Source: Tetramitus jugosus (Eukaryota > Protista > Heterolobosea). From it: a stretch of DNA of 64,000 nt. The DNA lies in the NCBI GenBank assembly GCA_937625935.1, contig OW569386.1, positions 62,001 through 126,000 of the forward strand. Reading direction: 5' to 3'. The position numbers were made by a program, and so were the translations under genes. The notes under the pieces were generated by a model. It made no database searches. It worked only from the letters and a program-made list of their open reading frames with translations, and had not been told where the DNA came from. Positions 20,003 through 32,608 of this stretch are shown piece after piece (within the stretch, counting starts at the first letter, position 1; every line of letters starts with the position of its first letter).

Positions 20003-21669
20003 TTATTCGGGTACAATCTTGAAGGAGGCATTCTTCAAGTTCTCTGACTCAATTGTCTTATCGAGAGCAGGTTCGATCTCTTTGCCGAGCACACAAACTC
20101 TGAATGGTTTCGGATTGTTTTCTAATATCCTCATGTACAGGTGATAAATGACAGCAAGTGGAGTATTGGGAGCCACATTATAAATGTTTCGTTTGGTGCC
20201 ATCCATGAGGCATACACGTGTGCCACCAGAAGGCAACAAGTATTCATCGACATTGACATCAGGAACAACAAAAGCAGCAGTTGCTGTTTCTTCTTCTTGT
20301 GGTGCAACTTGTTCATCCTCTGCCTTGTGTGGTTGCTGTTGTGATTGTGGTTGTTCGAGTAGAGATGGTGATTTTGGAACAAACTGTTGTTGTTTGGTTG
20401 CTGCTACTTCTTCTTCCTCTTCGTCTTCATCAATCACAATTGGAGTCTGTGCACTGGATTGTTCTTGCAGTGACGCTCTAATTGCTGCTTGAATCATTTG
20501 TTCTTCATCGTCCATATCCATTGCAGTGTCAGAGGAAGATGATGAAACACCAGTCGGTGTCGATGAGTATTGGAGACCCTGATTCGTTGTCGTAGCAGAA
20601 GATGCACCACTTGTGGTCGATGATGATGATGATGATGATGGTGCAATTCTCATGTAATCATCCTGCAGTGAATGCGTGTCGACAAACTGTTGCAAATGTT
20701 CAATCATTTGATGCTTTGTCATCTTTCCATTCAATCGCTTAATCAGTTCACCTGTTCTCGGATCAATGAACAAAATCATGGGACACTGATCCATTCCACC
20801 GTGACCCGACGATGACGATGACAACAAACCGTGCAGTCTCAAAAATTGAGTTCCACTGTTTGTTGACACATCACACTGCCACAACGTATAGAAACATGCA
20901 ATCAAATCCTGAACAGTCTCATCTCTCCACACGTCTCTAATCAATTCGTGACATGCAAACTCGGATTCATCATGCACCGAAACAATTAACCATTTTTCAG
21001 ATTGAGCCGCATGATTCAGAGCAGCATTGTATGATCCTTGGAACAGAATGTTACTTGGTATGGTGAATAGGTGAGCGTGCTCGGATCCTTGAAACGTGGA
21101 TGGTCTCACTCGTTCCTGTTGTTGTTGTTGTTGTTGATATTGTGCCATTGCTGGATGAAAGAATGGATTGGTATGTGCACCACCTGTTGTTGTTGTCGTC
21201 GTAGATGAAACTATAGAATTGTTGTTGTTTGATCAGTGTGGTAATGGTGATGGTGTTATTATTGCACATGTGTAAAGTGAACATTCAACAACAATAGATC
21301 TGTGGAGAAGAGAATAACATACATGAATCATAGAGTCTAGAGGCTTGTTCGTTGAATTCCATGGGTGCTCTCACACTTTCACTGTCGTCTTGCATGCGAG
21401 TCGATGAGGATTGACTAGTTGTTGTTGCTGTTGTTGTAGAGTTGGACAAGTAGAGATCGACAGCATTCTGTACATCATAGTTTGAAGCCTGTGTGTGTGT
21501 GCGTGCATACATTGTGTGAGTATGATGAGGATGATGGTAGAAAAAATACAAAAAAAAAAACAGTCATGAGCAAGGAATTGCTTACCTCCAAGTAGTGAAG
21601 AGCAGTTTCGACGTCTTCCACATTGGTGACGCCCATAAATTGGATCAATAGATCATCAGTCTGTTCCAT
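20003..21669 (-). CDS. UBXN7/Ubx5-like p97 adaptor (UBA-like, UAS, UIM, UBX/ubiquitin-like); introns 21489-21585 and 21151-21322
   Basis: QFMGVT...ALHYLEASNYDVQNAVDLY (UBA-like); KWLIV...EFACHELIRDVW...IDPRTGE (UAS); EEQMIQAAIRASL (UIM); in-frame GT-AG introns. Confidence 0.85.
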
Positions 21670-21875
21670 GTTTCTGTTGGTACTGTTTGATTTTTGTTCG
21701 GATTGTTTTTTTGACCGTTTTTGTAATACAATTCCGTATCATGGCGGCCACTAAGAATTCGTTCGCAAACTTGAAGTCGATTTTCCGAACCCATCTTTTT
21801 TTATCGCGAATTCCCTCCGAGTGAGCTGCTTTCCGGTAGCTCTATTCTATCACACAACAAACGAGAGAGCGAAAC

Positions 21876-24800
21876 ATGCAATTCAATCATGATACACATT
21901 TTGGAAATGGAGTGACGATTGTAGGAGGGATCAATGACCGTTTCGAGAACATTACAAAGAATTTTGATGTGCCGACCGGAGGAATCACGTTTACTCTGCT
22001 GTTGAACTTGGTGGTTTGTACGACCATGTTTCTGGTGTTTGTCTGTTGTTTGCAACCATTTATTCCATTGTTCAATGTGAACCGTAAGAGGAAGCTCGTC
22101 CAGAGAGTGAAGAACGAAATGGGTGTTCATTTCCTTCAAAAACAGCAACAGCAACAACAACAGAAATCGAAGAAACAGGAGGATCGAGATGAAAAGACTT
22201 TGAAAGAGACAGATAGCACTACTGAAGGCACTTACCGCACTGGTGCCAGAAGAGGTAGATCTGACTCAGTCGTGAGTCATTTGTTCCAGGCGAATGGAGA
22301 CATTGAAAATGAACCGGGCAATTGCCGGAATGATGTGGTTACTACGACGACGACGATGACTGCAGCGACTCATGCTCGGGAATTGGATAGTGGATATCAT
22401 CAAAATACGATCGATAATAGTAGTAGAGCTGAATATGATGGTGATGATGATGGTGGTGGTTCAGAGTATGGTGCGAATCATGAAGTTATGGAAGAGAAAA
22501 GTAATTTAATCACTTGTGTGATGGATGAAAACTCTGGATACAGTGACTCTTATCATCATAATAACAACCGCAATAGAAGTGAGATATCTGAAGAGCTTGA
22601 TGATGATGATGATGATGACATTACGGATCAAACGAACACGAATTGTATGATAGAGAACAGTGATGACTGCGATAACAGGTCACATTTTGAGAATGACTCG
22701 GCCGAGTTTGCTGTGAACGAGGGATCATTGCAAAACCTGTTGGATTTGAATGAAACAGAGGTCGATGAGACACAGAGAGATGACCAGAGTCAAACTGCGA
22801 TACGATTTTACGAGCGTTTCTCTATTTTTTCACTCGTAAAAAAATTGAATCGGTCCATGGTTGTATTGAGAGAGCTACTGGTGTATATATGGAGCGTATT
22901 CCTGAGTTTTTTCAACAGTAAGCACAATATTGAAGACATGAAGCACCTGTATACGAGATATTCGAGAGATGTAGCCACTTATCTATTGTTTCAAAAGGAG
23001 ATTATTCTGGCATTGTCTCTATGCAGTTTCCTCGCTGCATGTATTTTATTGCCGATTCATTTGACTGGTGTGGAGCCAGTGTATGAAAGCTACAATTTTG
23101 GAAGCTACAATTTAACGCAAGATGATTATCCATTGCTCAGAACTTCTGTTTCAATGGTTATTACATCTCCTCACAAGTTGTATGCTCATGTGATACTATG
23201 TATCGTATTTCTTTTGATATTTGCCATGTTTTTGCATCGATTTAGAACAAGTGAGGTGGTCGCTCGTGAACACTTTCTAGAGGAGCAGCAATTCCTTGAG
23301 AGTAGAAAGAGAGGTTCCTTGCAGATGAAGTTAAAATTGAAGCCAACACAATTGGTGAGTAAATATTCAGTCAAGTTGTATGGACTAAAGTCAACTTTTC
23401 AGAGTCAGAGAGCGTTTGATCGAATGGTCAGGGAGGAGCTCTGCCCTGATTTAAAAGTATTTAAGACTGTGCTGATGTTCAATGTGACAGAGAGATTAAA
23501 GCTGCAGAAGGAGTACAAGTCATATTGTGATAAGGTCGAACGGTACATGTATCTAGAGGAGCATAAGGATAAGAACCCAACGATACGTCCCTTCTCACTT
23601 CGACATGGATTTTCTGAGAGAGTGGATGCAGTTGAGTACTATAGGAACAAGATGTTAGAAACTGAGGAGAAGATGAAGGATTGGGAGGCACGATATCACA
23701 GAGTCCTGAATGATGAAACTGGTGACGAGAGAGCAGAGACCATTACTTCTCTTGGCTTTGGATTTGTCGTGTTTGAAACACCAGAGGATGCAACAGAGTG
23801 TCTCTCGAGATTTTACAAGCGAGGACGAGTGAAGAAGACTATTGTTTCGAACAATGGAGAGCAATCACAATTATATTTCTCTGTTACGAGTGCGTATGAG
23901 CCTGATGATATCAATTGGAATAATATGTTGAACTATACTGGATATTTTGATTCTGTTCGGAATTGGCTCATACAAATATCAATAGTCATCATATTCATCT
24001 TTATGACTACTCCATTGGCTGCTCTTTCAGGCGTTCAATCTTTTGCTAATTTGCCATCAGTGAGTGAATCGATTGAAAAGATTAGGAAAACAACAGGGCA
24101 TGCAGGTAGCTTACTTTTCCAATATCTGCCAACATTCATGCTACATACGCTAGCCATTTGCTTGCCATATGTAGTATGGATCATTGCAGATTTTGCGAAA
24201 TATCGATCCAAGTCACGATATAATCGCAAGCTCATGTCCAGAATGTACGTGTATTTGGTGCTGAGTACATTGTTGATGCCCTCCATGGCTCTAACAAGCT
24301 TCGATGCAGTGATCACATATTTTAGAAGTCGTGAAAACTTGAGAAACATGTTTTCCAAAATGTTTCTGCCAGCTAGTGGAGCATTCTTTCTCAACTATGT
24401 CCTACAGCAAGTTTTCATGAAGAACTTTGGAGATTTGATTAGAATATTCAATTTACTAAAGTACTTTTGGGGTGTCAGGCATTGGCCAGCAGTGAGTCCA
24501 AAGGATGTGTTGAGGGCTTGTGAATTGAGTGAGTTCTACTTTGAGTATGAATATCCATATATGATCTCAGTTCTCTGTATGGTGTTGTGCTACTCTCTGT
24601 TAAGTCCTCTCATTCTATTCTTTGGATTAGCTTACATGATACTTAAACATTTGGTTGATCGCTATGTCATCATGTACATTTATGGACACAAAACAGGTGG
24701 TGCCCGAGGTGTTTTGTCGTTTGATTTTCGAGCTCATCGTAAGAATGTGAATCTCGTGATTCAGTTAATGATTGTGAATATGATTGTATTCGCAGTTGCC

Positions 24801-25193
24801 ATGACCATATTTTTCGCGACGAGAGTGCGTGCTGACTCAGATCTCTACCCTCATGCGGTTATCATTGGATTAGTGATGGGAGCAGTTTTCATTGTTTTCT
24901 TCATAGAATATATGAATAGTGTGTCAGTTATTGAGTTTTTGAAGAAAAAGTTATCAAAACTAGTGTCAAATCGTTCTCAGTCAGGTGAAGAAACTTCCCA
25001 AGTGGCAGTTGATGAAGAAAGTGCTCGAATTGTTACCACAACAGTTGGTAAAAGCTATGGTTCCATCTCAGTCAAGAGCATTTTTAAGGATCCCAAGTTT
25101 ATTAAGGCTTACGAACCTCCTTTCAGATATACTTCACGAACCAAGTTTAAGTTTTGGTCTGAGATGAGTATCGCTCAGCATTATTCAGATTAA
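21876..25193 (+). CDS. OSCA/TMEM63/CSC1 mechanosensitive cation channel
   Basis: YLLFQK, ILLPIH, GFGFVVF, AYEPDDINWNNM, GAFFLNYV, SPLILFFGLAY...KHLVDRY; many TM helices. Confidence 0.9.
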   Translation: MQFNHDTHFGNGVTIVGGINDRFENITKNFDVPTGGITFTLLLNLVVCTTMFLVFVCCLQPFIPLFNVNRKRKLVQRVKNEMGVHFLQKQQQQQQQKSKKQEDRDEKTLKETDSTTEGTYRTGARRGRSDSVVSHLFQANGDIENEPGNCRNDVVTTTTTMTAATHARELDSGYHQNTIDNSSRAEYDGDDDGGGSEYGANHEVMEEKSNLITCVMDENSGYSDSYHHNNNRNRSEISEELDDDDDDDITDQTNTNCMIENSDDCDNRSHFENDSAEFAVNEGSLQNLLDLNETEVDETQRDDQSQTAIRFYERFSIFSLVKKLNRSMVVLRELLVYIWSVFLSFFNSKHNIEDMKHLYTRYSRDVATYLLFQKEIILALSLCSFLAACILLPIHLTGVEPVYESYNFGSYNLTQDDYPLLRTSVSMVITSPHKLYAHVILCIVFLLIFAMFLHRFRTSEVVAREHFLEEQQFLESRKRGSLQMKLKLKPTQLVSKYSVKLYGLKSTFQSQRAFDRMVREELCPDLKVFKTVLMFNVTERLKLQKEYKSYCDKVERYMYLEEHKDKNPTIRPFSLRHGFSERVDAVEYYRNKMLETEEKMKDWEARYHRVLNDETGDERAETITSLGFGFVVFETPEDATECLSRFYKRGRVKKTIVSNNGEQSQLYFSVTSAYEPDDINWNNMLNYTGYFDSVRNWLIQISIVIIFIFMTTPLAALSGVQSFANLPSVSESIEKIRKTTGHAGSLLFQYLPTFMLHTLAICLPYVVWIIADFAKYRSKSRYNRKLMSRMYVYLVLSTLLMPSMALTSFDAVITYFRSRENLRNMFSKMFLPASGAFFLNYVLQQVFMKNFGDLIRIFNLLKYFWGVRHWPAVSPKDVLRACELSEFYFEYEYPYMISVLCMVLCYSLLSPLILFFGLAYMILKHLVDRYVIMYIYGHKTGGARGVLSFDFRAHRKNVNLVIQLMIVNMIVFAVAMTIFFATRVRADSDLYPHAVIIGLVMGAVFIVFFIEYMNSVSVIEFLKKKLSKLVSNRSQSGEETSQVAVDEESARIVTTTVGKSYGSISVKSIFKDPKFIKAYEPPFRYTSRTKFKFWSEMSIAQHYSD

Positions 25194-25217
25194 AGTTGAT
25201 TGCACGAAGCATACCTT

Positions 25218-25709
25218 TTATCGCACGTTGTTTGCTTGGAGATAATCTGTATAGCTCATCACAAATCGAGGTGAGCGTGATGTTACACGAGCACTGGGTA
25301 TACCTTCCAGAGGTCCAATGGATTCATAGGATCGCAAGGCGTATTGCATAAAACGTTGCTCAAAAGCAAGCCGAGCACCATTCTCTATATCCTCTGTTTG
25401 AGCAAATACTCGGGGGAAATCAGATGAAGTTTGCTTCGATTCTAATGGGAACTGAATTCTTTTTGCTCTTACAACTTTCTTCGTCTGTTCCATCGGTTTT
25501 GCATTTTCAATGTCTGTGTTTGACGGACTGAAATGCCCTTTCACAGGATTGGCGACTCGCATTTTTAGACGATTATCCTGACAACAGTGATTATGAATAT
25601 GACAATGATGATTATTCTTATTTAGAACTGGAAGCCTTGAAGTTTGAAGATGTAATCTGTTGCTAGAGGTTCGACTTTCCGCCTGCCTAAACTCCTGGTT
25701 ATTCATCAT
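25218..25709 (-). CDS. Hypothetical protein (probably the last exon of a spliced gene)
   Basis: 163-aa ORF; upstream exons unresolved. Confidence 0.4.
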   Translation of the reverse strand: MMNNQEFRQAESRTSSNRLHLQTSRLPVLNKNNHHCHIHNHCCQDNRLKMRVANPVKGHFSPSNTDIENAKPMEQTKKVVRAKRIQFPLESKQTSSDFPRVFAQTEDIENGARLAFEQRFMQYALRSYESIGPLEGIPSARVTSRSPRFVMSYTDYLQANNVR

Positions 25710-26172
25710 ACCTATTGAATCACCAAACCGATTGAGTCAGATATTTGGGCGCCAAACACTGTAGACATGCAACAAAAGCTCGCTTTTCATCGAAAAAGTC
25801 CGTGTTGCTCAAAGAGTATTTCATGTACCAAAATCTTGTTCCTGATCATTTTATCTACATCAAACTGTTGCTCAGGTTGTGAGTACCGCTTCGCCTGTAC
25901 ATGAAACCATTCAAACTTACGCTCAGTGCGATGAGGGGACTAAACAACGCGTTGTACCATGGTTAATTGCTTCAATTGTTTTCTTTGCAAATCTACCAAT
26001 CGGCGCACTTTCAGCCCTTCATCTCCCTCATTGTTATAGATAACTATTCACCGCAGCGGAGCATTGCATTTGGATCAACAGTGCAGCCATCAACCAGACC
26101 GACAAGAGTTGAGGTGCGCTGATTGTATTCTGAATACAACAAGACTCGTTGTAAGAGGTGAGTTGGCAATTT

Positions 26173-27035
26173 TCAAAAAAGAACATCCAAATCAGTGAGC
26201 TTATTCTTTTTCTTGATTGCCCAGAGATTACTTTGCCAGTTTGAATGGTTGATGGCATCATAGTAGCAAAGAACGGAATGGAAAGCACCTGTTGCAGCTG
26301 TCACTGCCCATCAAGTATCATGCCTCTCTTTCTTGAACCCACACTTCCATAAAATCTCCCATCCTCACCGATGCACATAAAGTAATTGTAACCACAAATA
26401 GCATTTCGAATCTTCATCGGAAAAGGTTCTTCTAATGATGCTGATGTAAAATCCATTTGCGTAAACAACGAATATTGTTCAGTACCATCTTGGCCACATG
26501 CATAGAGCTTATTATCACTCGTCAATGCACATCCGAAATTTCCACCACATGACACTTGTACAACTGGATATCCACCGAACAATGATTGATCAACAGGAGC
26601 GCACAGTACATTCATACTTTCATCGTCATCATCATTTGTGCTCAGTTCGCCATCTGAATTCGATCCACAGAGAAACAATCGTCCATCACCTGTTAGAAAG
26701 TAGCTAAAGTTGAATCCAGCGTCCAAGTCCACAATATTCTCATGTATCAGTGCCTCAATTTCAAACAATGAATCATTGTGTAGTGTGTCACCCTTGTGCC
26801 GACCACAGTTTCCATAGTGGTTATCCCCAATGCCATTCCGCATCAGAAACAGTGAAAAGTTGCCTCCACAGCGAACTTTGACAATGTGGTGATCAAAGTG
26901 CAGACGAGAGCCAAACGTGTTCTTGTCACTGTCATCGGTGGAGAGTGGAAATGCAATCCATGATGTCACCTGGCCTGATTCATGGATTCCAATTTGACCA
27001 CAAGTGTTACTTCCTGTGACATAAATTGTTGTCAT
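26173..27035 (-). CDS. RCC1-repeat protein (probable intron near 26290-26345)
   Basis: VTGSNTCGQIG, VRCGGNFSLFL, LCGSNSDGEL, VSCGGNFGCAL repeats. The putative last exon reads SAFHSVLCYY...LTDLDVLF*. Confidence 0.75.
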
Positions 27036-27281
27036 TGGGTGGTACTGCCGTGTTTTTTTGAAGTGTGCATCCTTGAGTATCGAGTTTCAGAGAGAACGCA
27101 ATTTTTACGACAGGAACGAGGAAATAGGGCAATTTCAGCCAATTTCACATCCGCTGATGTGGTGTAATGGAAGCACGCCCGCGAGCAACATGGGAGGAAC
27201 AAGTTCGATTCTTGGTGTCGGTAATCAATTTTTAATCATATTTCAAAAAATACCATTTTTAATACGCTGGCATGTGATGGG

Positions 27282-28776
27282 TTATTGCTGGGTGGCAAAG
27301 ATGGACTGAGGAGCGTACTGGCGAATGAATTGAATCTCATCTTCATCGACTGGCATGACCAACTGTTCCACATCTGGTTCATCCACGACATACTGTGCCA
27401 CATTCTCATGAATGCATCGATAATTCTCACCTTCCTGTTGAAACAGTTGGAGAGGTGGTGCGTGTTGTCCACTGTCTTCACGTGCCTTTCTGATGCCTCT
27501 CTGCTCCTCCTCCACTGCATTCTTGTGAGTGTTGGCATCTGTGAATCGACCCTTGTTCAGAGCGTAGGACACCTTGTGCCATACGCGCCTCGATTCATTA
27601 CTGTTTTGCTTAATGACCGGTTTGACATACTTTGGTACGTGTTCCATGGCAGATGCATCCACCAGAGTGCTCGTATTCTTTGTTCTGAGTGATTTGATGA
27701 GCACCTTGTCAGTGATACTGCCAGACAACTTGTACAGTGTGCCTTCCGTGTTGTGCTTGATGCTGCCCTTGATTTGATTCTCTGATTTGACCATGAATTC
27801 AATCTTGGCCGACAGTCCAGTCTTGTCACACTTGATCTTGAGGAATTCGTTCATTTCGAGCCCTTGTTGACCCCAGATGAGACCCTTGGCAACAACATGT
27901 GGAAACACAATCGAGTATTGTTCCTTGAGACCGTTGCTCAACAATTGGACCGTAATTTCACCCTCCAACAGTGTACTGGCACTGTTGCCGTGGAATTTGC
28001 TCTTTGGTTTGAGAACACCCTTGAGTGCAAAGTTTTTGACTCGATTGGTGAGGTAGATGGCAGAGATGGGAGGATGATGACTCACTTGCTCTGCCAAGAA
28101 CAGAGTCTTGCTGTCATTGTGAATAAACTTTGCAGAAAACACTTCACCGAGAATGGCATTGTACGGCTTGGCACCCATGATGCCCTTTTTTGGAATGTGA
28201 GCCATGTTGCCTACCCACCATTTGACAATGGTGATCATTCTCTGTTCTGGATCACTCATGTTGCATATGCTGTAGTTGATGTATGATGATGTATGATGTT
28301 GTTGTATGATGATGATGTTGTATTGTTGTTGTTGTATGGTTGTTGGATGATCATGTTTTTTGTTTTGTTTTTTGTATTCATGAGATGGAACAGACACATG
28401 GGTGAGATGAACATTCACGAGAGTGTTAAAAAAACAAACAATTCAATCATACACAGTCATACACAGTCACACACACACACACACGAATAACATACTTTAA
28501 AAGAAAGGATTGAGGTGTGATAAACAGTCCAATGTACTCTAGCATACTCACTGGCTTCAATAGAGCAGCAGGCAATGAAATACGGTACAAGTCCTTTCCT
28601 GTTCTCAAACTTCTGACCAAATCCATAATGATTTGAGTTCTAGAGGGTTCTTCATGAGGAGTATTGGGTTCACCACTTGGATCACTCTGATCCGCATGAT
28701 AGATGAACTCTTGTTGTCTCATTTCTTCTTCAGTAGCTTGTGCTAGGGATGATGATGATGTTGATGGATTACTCAT
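27282..28776 (-). CDS. Oxysterol-binding protein (short ORP/Osh4-like), intron 28270-28495
   Basis: DLYRISLPA..L.P.SMLE, KPYNAILGEVF, EQVSHHPP signature, VEEEQR. Confidence 0.93.
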
Positions 28777-29343
28777 TGTTGTTGTTGTTGTTGTCTTGGA
28801 TTAAAAATAATTATAAATGTATTCGATTCTTGTGTTCTTTGTTGTGTGTGATCAATATTGATGATGAGTGTATATTTCAATCTCTAATAATAATATCTCC
28901 CTATCGACTACTAATACTACAAGTGGTGTTGTTGTTGTTTTGAGAGAGCGAGTCTGTGTGTGTGGATGGGGGGAGTGGTGGTTTACAAGCTTGGTACGCG
29001 TGTGTGGATTCTTCTTTTTGTTCTTCAAAAAGCGTCTGTCAAAGTTTTGATTCTCCTAAAATAACACAGAGGACAATCAATGGAGGTTACAATCTGTTGG
29101 ATTTTTTGTCTTGGGCGTACTCATCACGCAAGTTCGCCTTGTAAAAATTCCCCGTGGTCGGTAGTTTATTCTCCAAGGAGTTTTTGGTTGGAAGGCAATT
29201 GATCGTGAAAACCCGATAATCCCAAAAAATCTACAATACAACTGGCCCTGTTCTGAATTCTCACCGTACTGCATTACTGCGCTGCGTATTTATTAAGCGA
29301 GACAATAGGATGAATATATTAAAAGTAGTTTAGTTTGACTGCT

Positions 29344-31902
29344 TCAGTAGTCTCCTCCACCACCGCCAGCACTACTCATTCCAACACCTTGTGCCTTTCT
29401 GACTCTGTCTGCTCTGTCTCTCTCCAACTTTCTACAGTTGGTGATACGATGACCGAGACCACCACAGTATTCACATGGCTTGGAATCAGAACCAGCAGCA
29501 CCTGCTCCTTCTTCAAACTCTTGTTGTTGACCCATACCCATCATCATGGAATCAGCAGTCATATCAGACTTGATGCTCTCCAAGATTTTTGGCACACGTT
29601 GCTTTGCCTCCTTCAACAAGTGCTTCAAATCCATGAGCACACCTTCAGAGTCCTTAAAGTTGATAAATGTGGTGGCTAGACCGGTGCGATCACCACGACC
29701 CGTTCTACCAATTCGATGCACATAATCTTCAATCTGCTTTGGCATATCATAGTTGATGACATGTTGAATGTGAGGAAAATCGAGGCCCTTGGACACAATG
29801 TCCGTCGCTACCAACACATCACTCTTTGCACTCTTGAACGATAGAATGGCATCTTGTCTCTCTGTTTGAGACTTGCCAGCGTGGATGGAGACGACTGATA
29901 CGCCCTTGAGCATCAAATACTCGTGTATATCATCCACATCACTCTTGTTCTCACAAAAGATGAGCACAGGTGGAGGTGTCTTTTGCAGCACTTGCAACAG
30001 ATAGATCATTTTGGATTCTGGTTTGACAAATTCCACTTCTTGAACAACGTTGAGACTCGCTGCACCTGCTCTACCCACATTGACCACAATGGGATCAATG
30101 AGTGATGACTTTGCAAACGATTGAATCTTTTCTGGCATGGTAGCACTGAACAAGAGTGTTTGTCTCTTGATTTGCAACTCTTTCTTGACTCTTTGATACT
30201 GTTGTTGTAGTTGAGCAGTCACAGTACTACTACCACTACCACTACTACCACTGTTGTTACTGGTCGTATTCGTATTTGCAGTAGTACTATTAGTAGTTGT
30301 TGTTGTTGTTGTTGTCGTAGATGATGATGATGATGGAGAAGATTGATTCAAGTGCATGAAAATGCTGCGAATGTCTTCTTCAAACGTATAGTCAATCAAT
30401 CGATCAGCCTCATCCAGACACACCATTCGACAATAATCCAACGTCAATCTCTTGTCATTCAACATGTGCAACAATCGACCAGGTGTTGCTACAACAATGT
30501 GTATTCCCTTGTGATGATGATGATGATTAGTTTGATGATGACTATCTGATGAATGAGATGAATGAGATGCATAGGGTTGATCATTGACCAACAATGGAAT
30601 ACCACCTGTACACAACAATACATTGATACTGCGTTGTTCTTCTTCTTCTTGTTGTTCTTGTTGTTGAGATTGCAATTGTTGATTGATGGCACTGGTAAAC
30701 TCTAGAATGATATCATAGGTTTGACGTGCCAATTCTCTATTGGGACACAACACCAAGCACAGTGGGCCTTCACCTGACATGTTCAATGGACTCACATGAT
30801 ACTCTTGAATCATGCTCAGCAGTACCATGGGCAATATGAATACAAGTGATTTACCACTGCCCGTAAATGCAATACCAATGAGATCTCTACCAGATAAGAT
30901 GACTGGAAGTGCTTGCATCTGAATCGCTGTCGGTTTCACAATGTTCTTCCTGGTGGACAATACGTCTTGTATGACTGGTGGTAGTCGAAAGTGAGAAAAG
31001 AGAGTGATGGGTGGTGGAATGTCTCTGCCCTGTACATCAATGTGATAATAGTCTCGAATCATTTGAGATTGTTCATCTGATAGTGATTGAACAAATGGTG
31101 GTGCACTCCATGAGAAGACTTGTTTGTTTGATAGAGTCATGGACGTGGTCTTATTCTTATAGTTGATATTTGCAGTAGTAGTAGTATTAGTAGTATTTTG
31201 ATTATTATTATTATTATGAGTAGTAGCAGTAGTAGTAGGTGATGATTGATTGGTTGTTATTCTTGTATCGTTATTCTCATTTTCATATTCACCATCCTTT
31301 GTTGTTGTTGTACTAGTACTACTAGTGGTAGTGTCATCTGAATGATGATGATGATGATGAAACATGAGTGGATTGTGTGATTGATGAATAATGGCATGTA
31401 CAATCTCTTCTTCCTTCATCTTGTTCAACTGTTCTTCTGACAGTTTTGGTTGTTGACGCACTTGTTCCAACAGAGAGACCTTGGATTGTAACTGTGGTTG
31501 ATAGGATTGTACACTTGATTTGTTGCCATCATTCTCATTATTATTCTCATTATTATTATTATCATCTCGCTCTTGTTCATCATCTTGTTGTTCATCATGC
31601 AATCGCCGTCTTTTTTTCAATTGTTGTTGTTCGTTGAGCAGTTGACGAATAGAGTCTTGTTTTCGCTTTTTGAGTGATTGATATGATTCTTCAAAATGGT
31701 CTTCTTCATCTTGTTGTTGTTCTCCATGTGTAGAGTCATGTTTGCGTGCATCATGTTGATTGATTGTTCTTGTTGTTGTGGGTTGCAATCGTCTCAGTCT
31801 TTCTCTTTCTCTCTCTTCTCTCCTTTTCTTCCACTCGAGTACTTGACTATTCACATCATCATCATCATTATTGTTCATGTATTCGTTATTGCTATTGTGC
31901 AT
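29344..31902 (-). CDS. DDX41: DEAD-box RNA helicase DDX41/abstrakt
   Basis: GIAFTGSGKS, TPGRL, DEAD, SAT, VGRAGAASLNVVQEVE, KTPPPVLIF, HRIGRTGR; C-terminal knuckle CEYCGGLGHRITNC. Confidence 0.93.
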   Translation of the reverse strand: MHNSNNEYMNNNDDDDVNSQVLEWKKRREERERERLRRLQPTTTRTINQHDARKHDSTHGEQQQDEEDHFEESYQSLKKRKQDSIRQLLNEQQQLKKRRRLHDEQQDDEQERDDNNNNENNNENDGNKSSVQSYQPQLQSKVSLLEQVRQQPKLSEEQLNKMKEEEIVHAIIHQSHNPLMFHHHHHHSDDTTTSSTSTTTTKDGEYENENNDTRITTNQSSPTTTATTHNNNNNQNTTNTTTTANINYKNKTTSMTLSNKQVFSWSAPPFVQSLSDEQSQMIRDYYHIDVQGRDIPPPITLFSHFRLPPVIQDVLSTRKNIVKPTAIQMQALPVILSGRDLIGIAFTGSGKSLVFILPMVLLSMIQEYHVSPLNMSGEGPLCLVLCPNRELARQTYDIILEFTSAINQQLQSQQQEQQEEEEQRSINVLLCTGGIPLLVNDQPYASHSSHSSDSHHQTNHHHHHKGIHIVVATPGRLLHMLNDKRLTLDYCRMVCLDEADRLIDYTFEEDIRSIFMHLNQSSPSSSSSTTTTTTTTTNSTTANTNTTSNNSGSSGSGSSTVTAQLQQQYQRVKKELQIKRQTLLFSATMPEKIQSFAKSSLIDPIVVNVGRAGAASLNVVQEVEFVKPESKMIYLLQVLQKTPPPVLIFCENKSDVDDIHEYLMLKGVSVVSIHAGKSQTERQDAILSFKSAKSDVLVATDIVSKGLDFPHIQHVINYDMPKQIEDYVHRIGRTGRGDRTGLATTFINFKDSEGVLMDLKHLLKEAKQRVPKILESIKSDMTADSMMMGMGQQQEFEEGAGAAGSDSKPCEYCGGLGHRITNCRKLERDRADRVRKAQGVGMSSAGGGGGDY

Positions 31903-32237
31903 GTTGTTGTTGTTATTGATCTGATGATGATTCTGATGATGTTGTTATTGTTATTGATTTTTTTTTGATTCTTCTCTCGAGAGAATGGATTCACAATGAG
32001 GTTGAAGTGCAGAGCGGTGTATCTCTGACGATCTTTCTAGAAATACAATTGATGAATGAGTGATGATACACGTGAACAAACCAGATTTATTCTATAAATC
32101 CTATATTCAATTATGTCACAATTGGTTGTTGCAACAAACACAACAGATAATCTCCATCTGTGGTTTGTTATCATCTCTTTGTTATCCGATAGATCTGCAG
32201 ATAAATGAAGTTTCTCATCCTACGAGCACCTCCATTT

Positions 32238-32608
32238 TCACTCTATGGAAGAGCGGCCTCTCTTTGCTTGTATCTCGTTTCTTACTCTGCACAGTTCCTC
32301 TGCGACAACCTTGGAACTGTTCAAGAACAGGAAGTCGACCAGTGAGGGATGAGCACTCCTAAATTGATGATATACATAAAATGGGTGATCTCTAAACGCA
32401 GAATAAACTCGACTGCTCGTCAATATGAGCTGAACAACAGTGAGACTGCCCGGTGGAATGAAGTCAAGAGAGAAGACAAGACTTCGGGTGGAATCTCACC
32501 GAACCGAGTGTTTGTTGCAGCGAATGGTAGTGGTAGAGTCTGAGAGATCTCATCATCACTCTCATCATCTGCATCAGGATCGGCAATGAGTGAGTACTTT
32601 CGTTTCAT
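32238..32608 (-). pseudogene. Frameshifted F-box gene fragment
   Basis: FGEIPPEVLSSL continues in another frame near 32467 as DFIPPGSLTVVQLILTSSRVYSAFRDHPF, together giving an F-box-like pattern; early stops follow. Confidence 0.4.
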
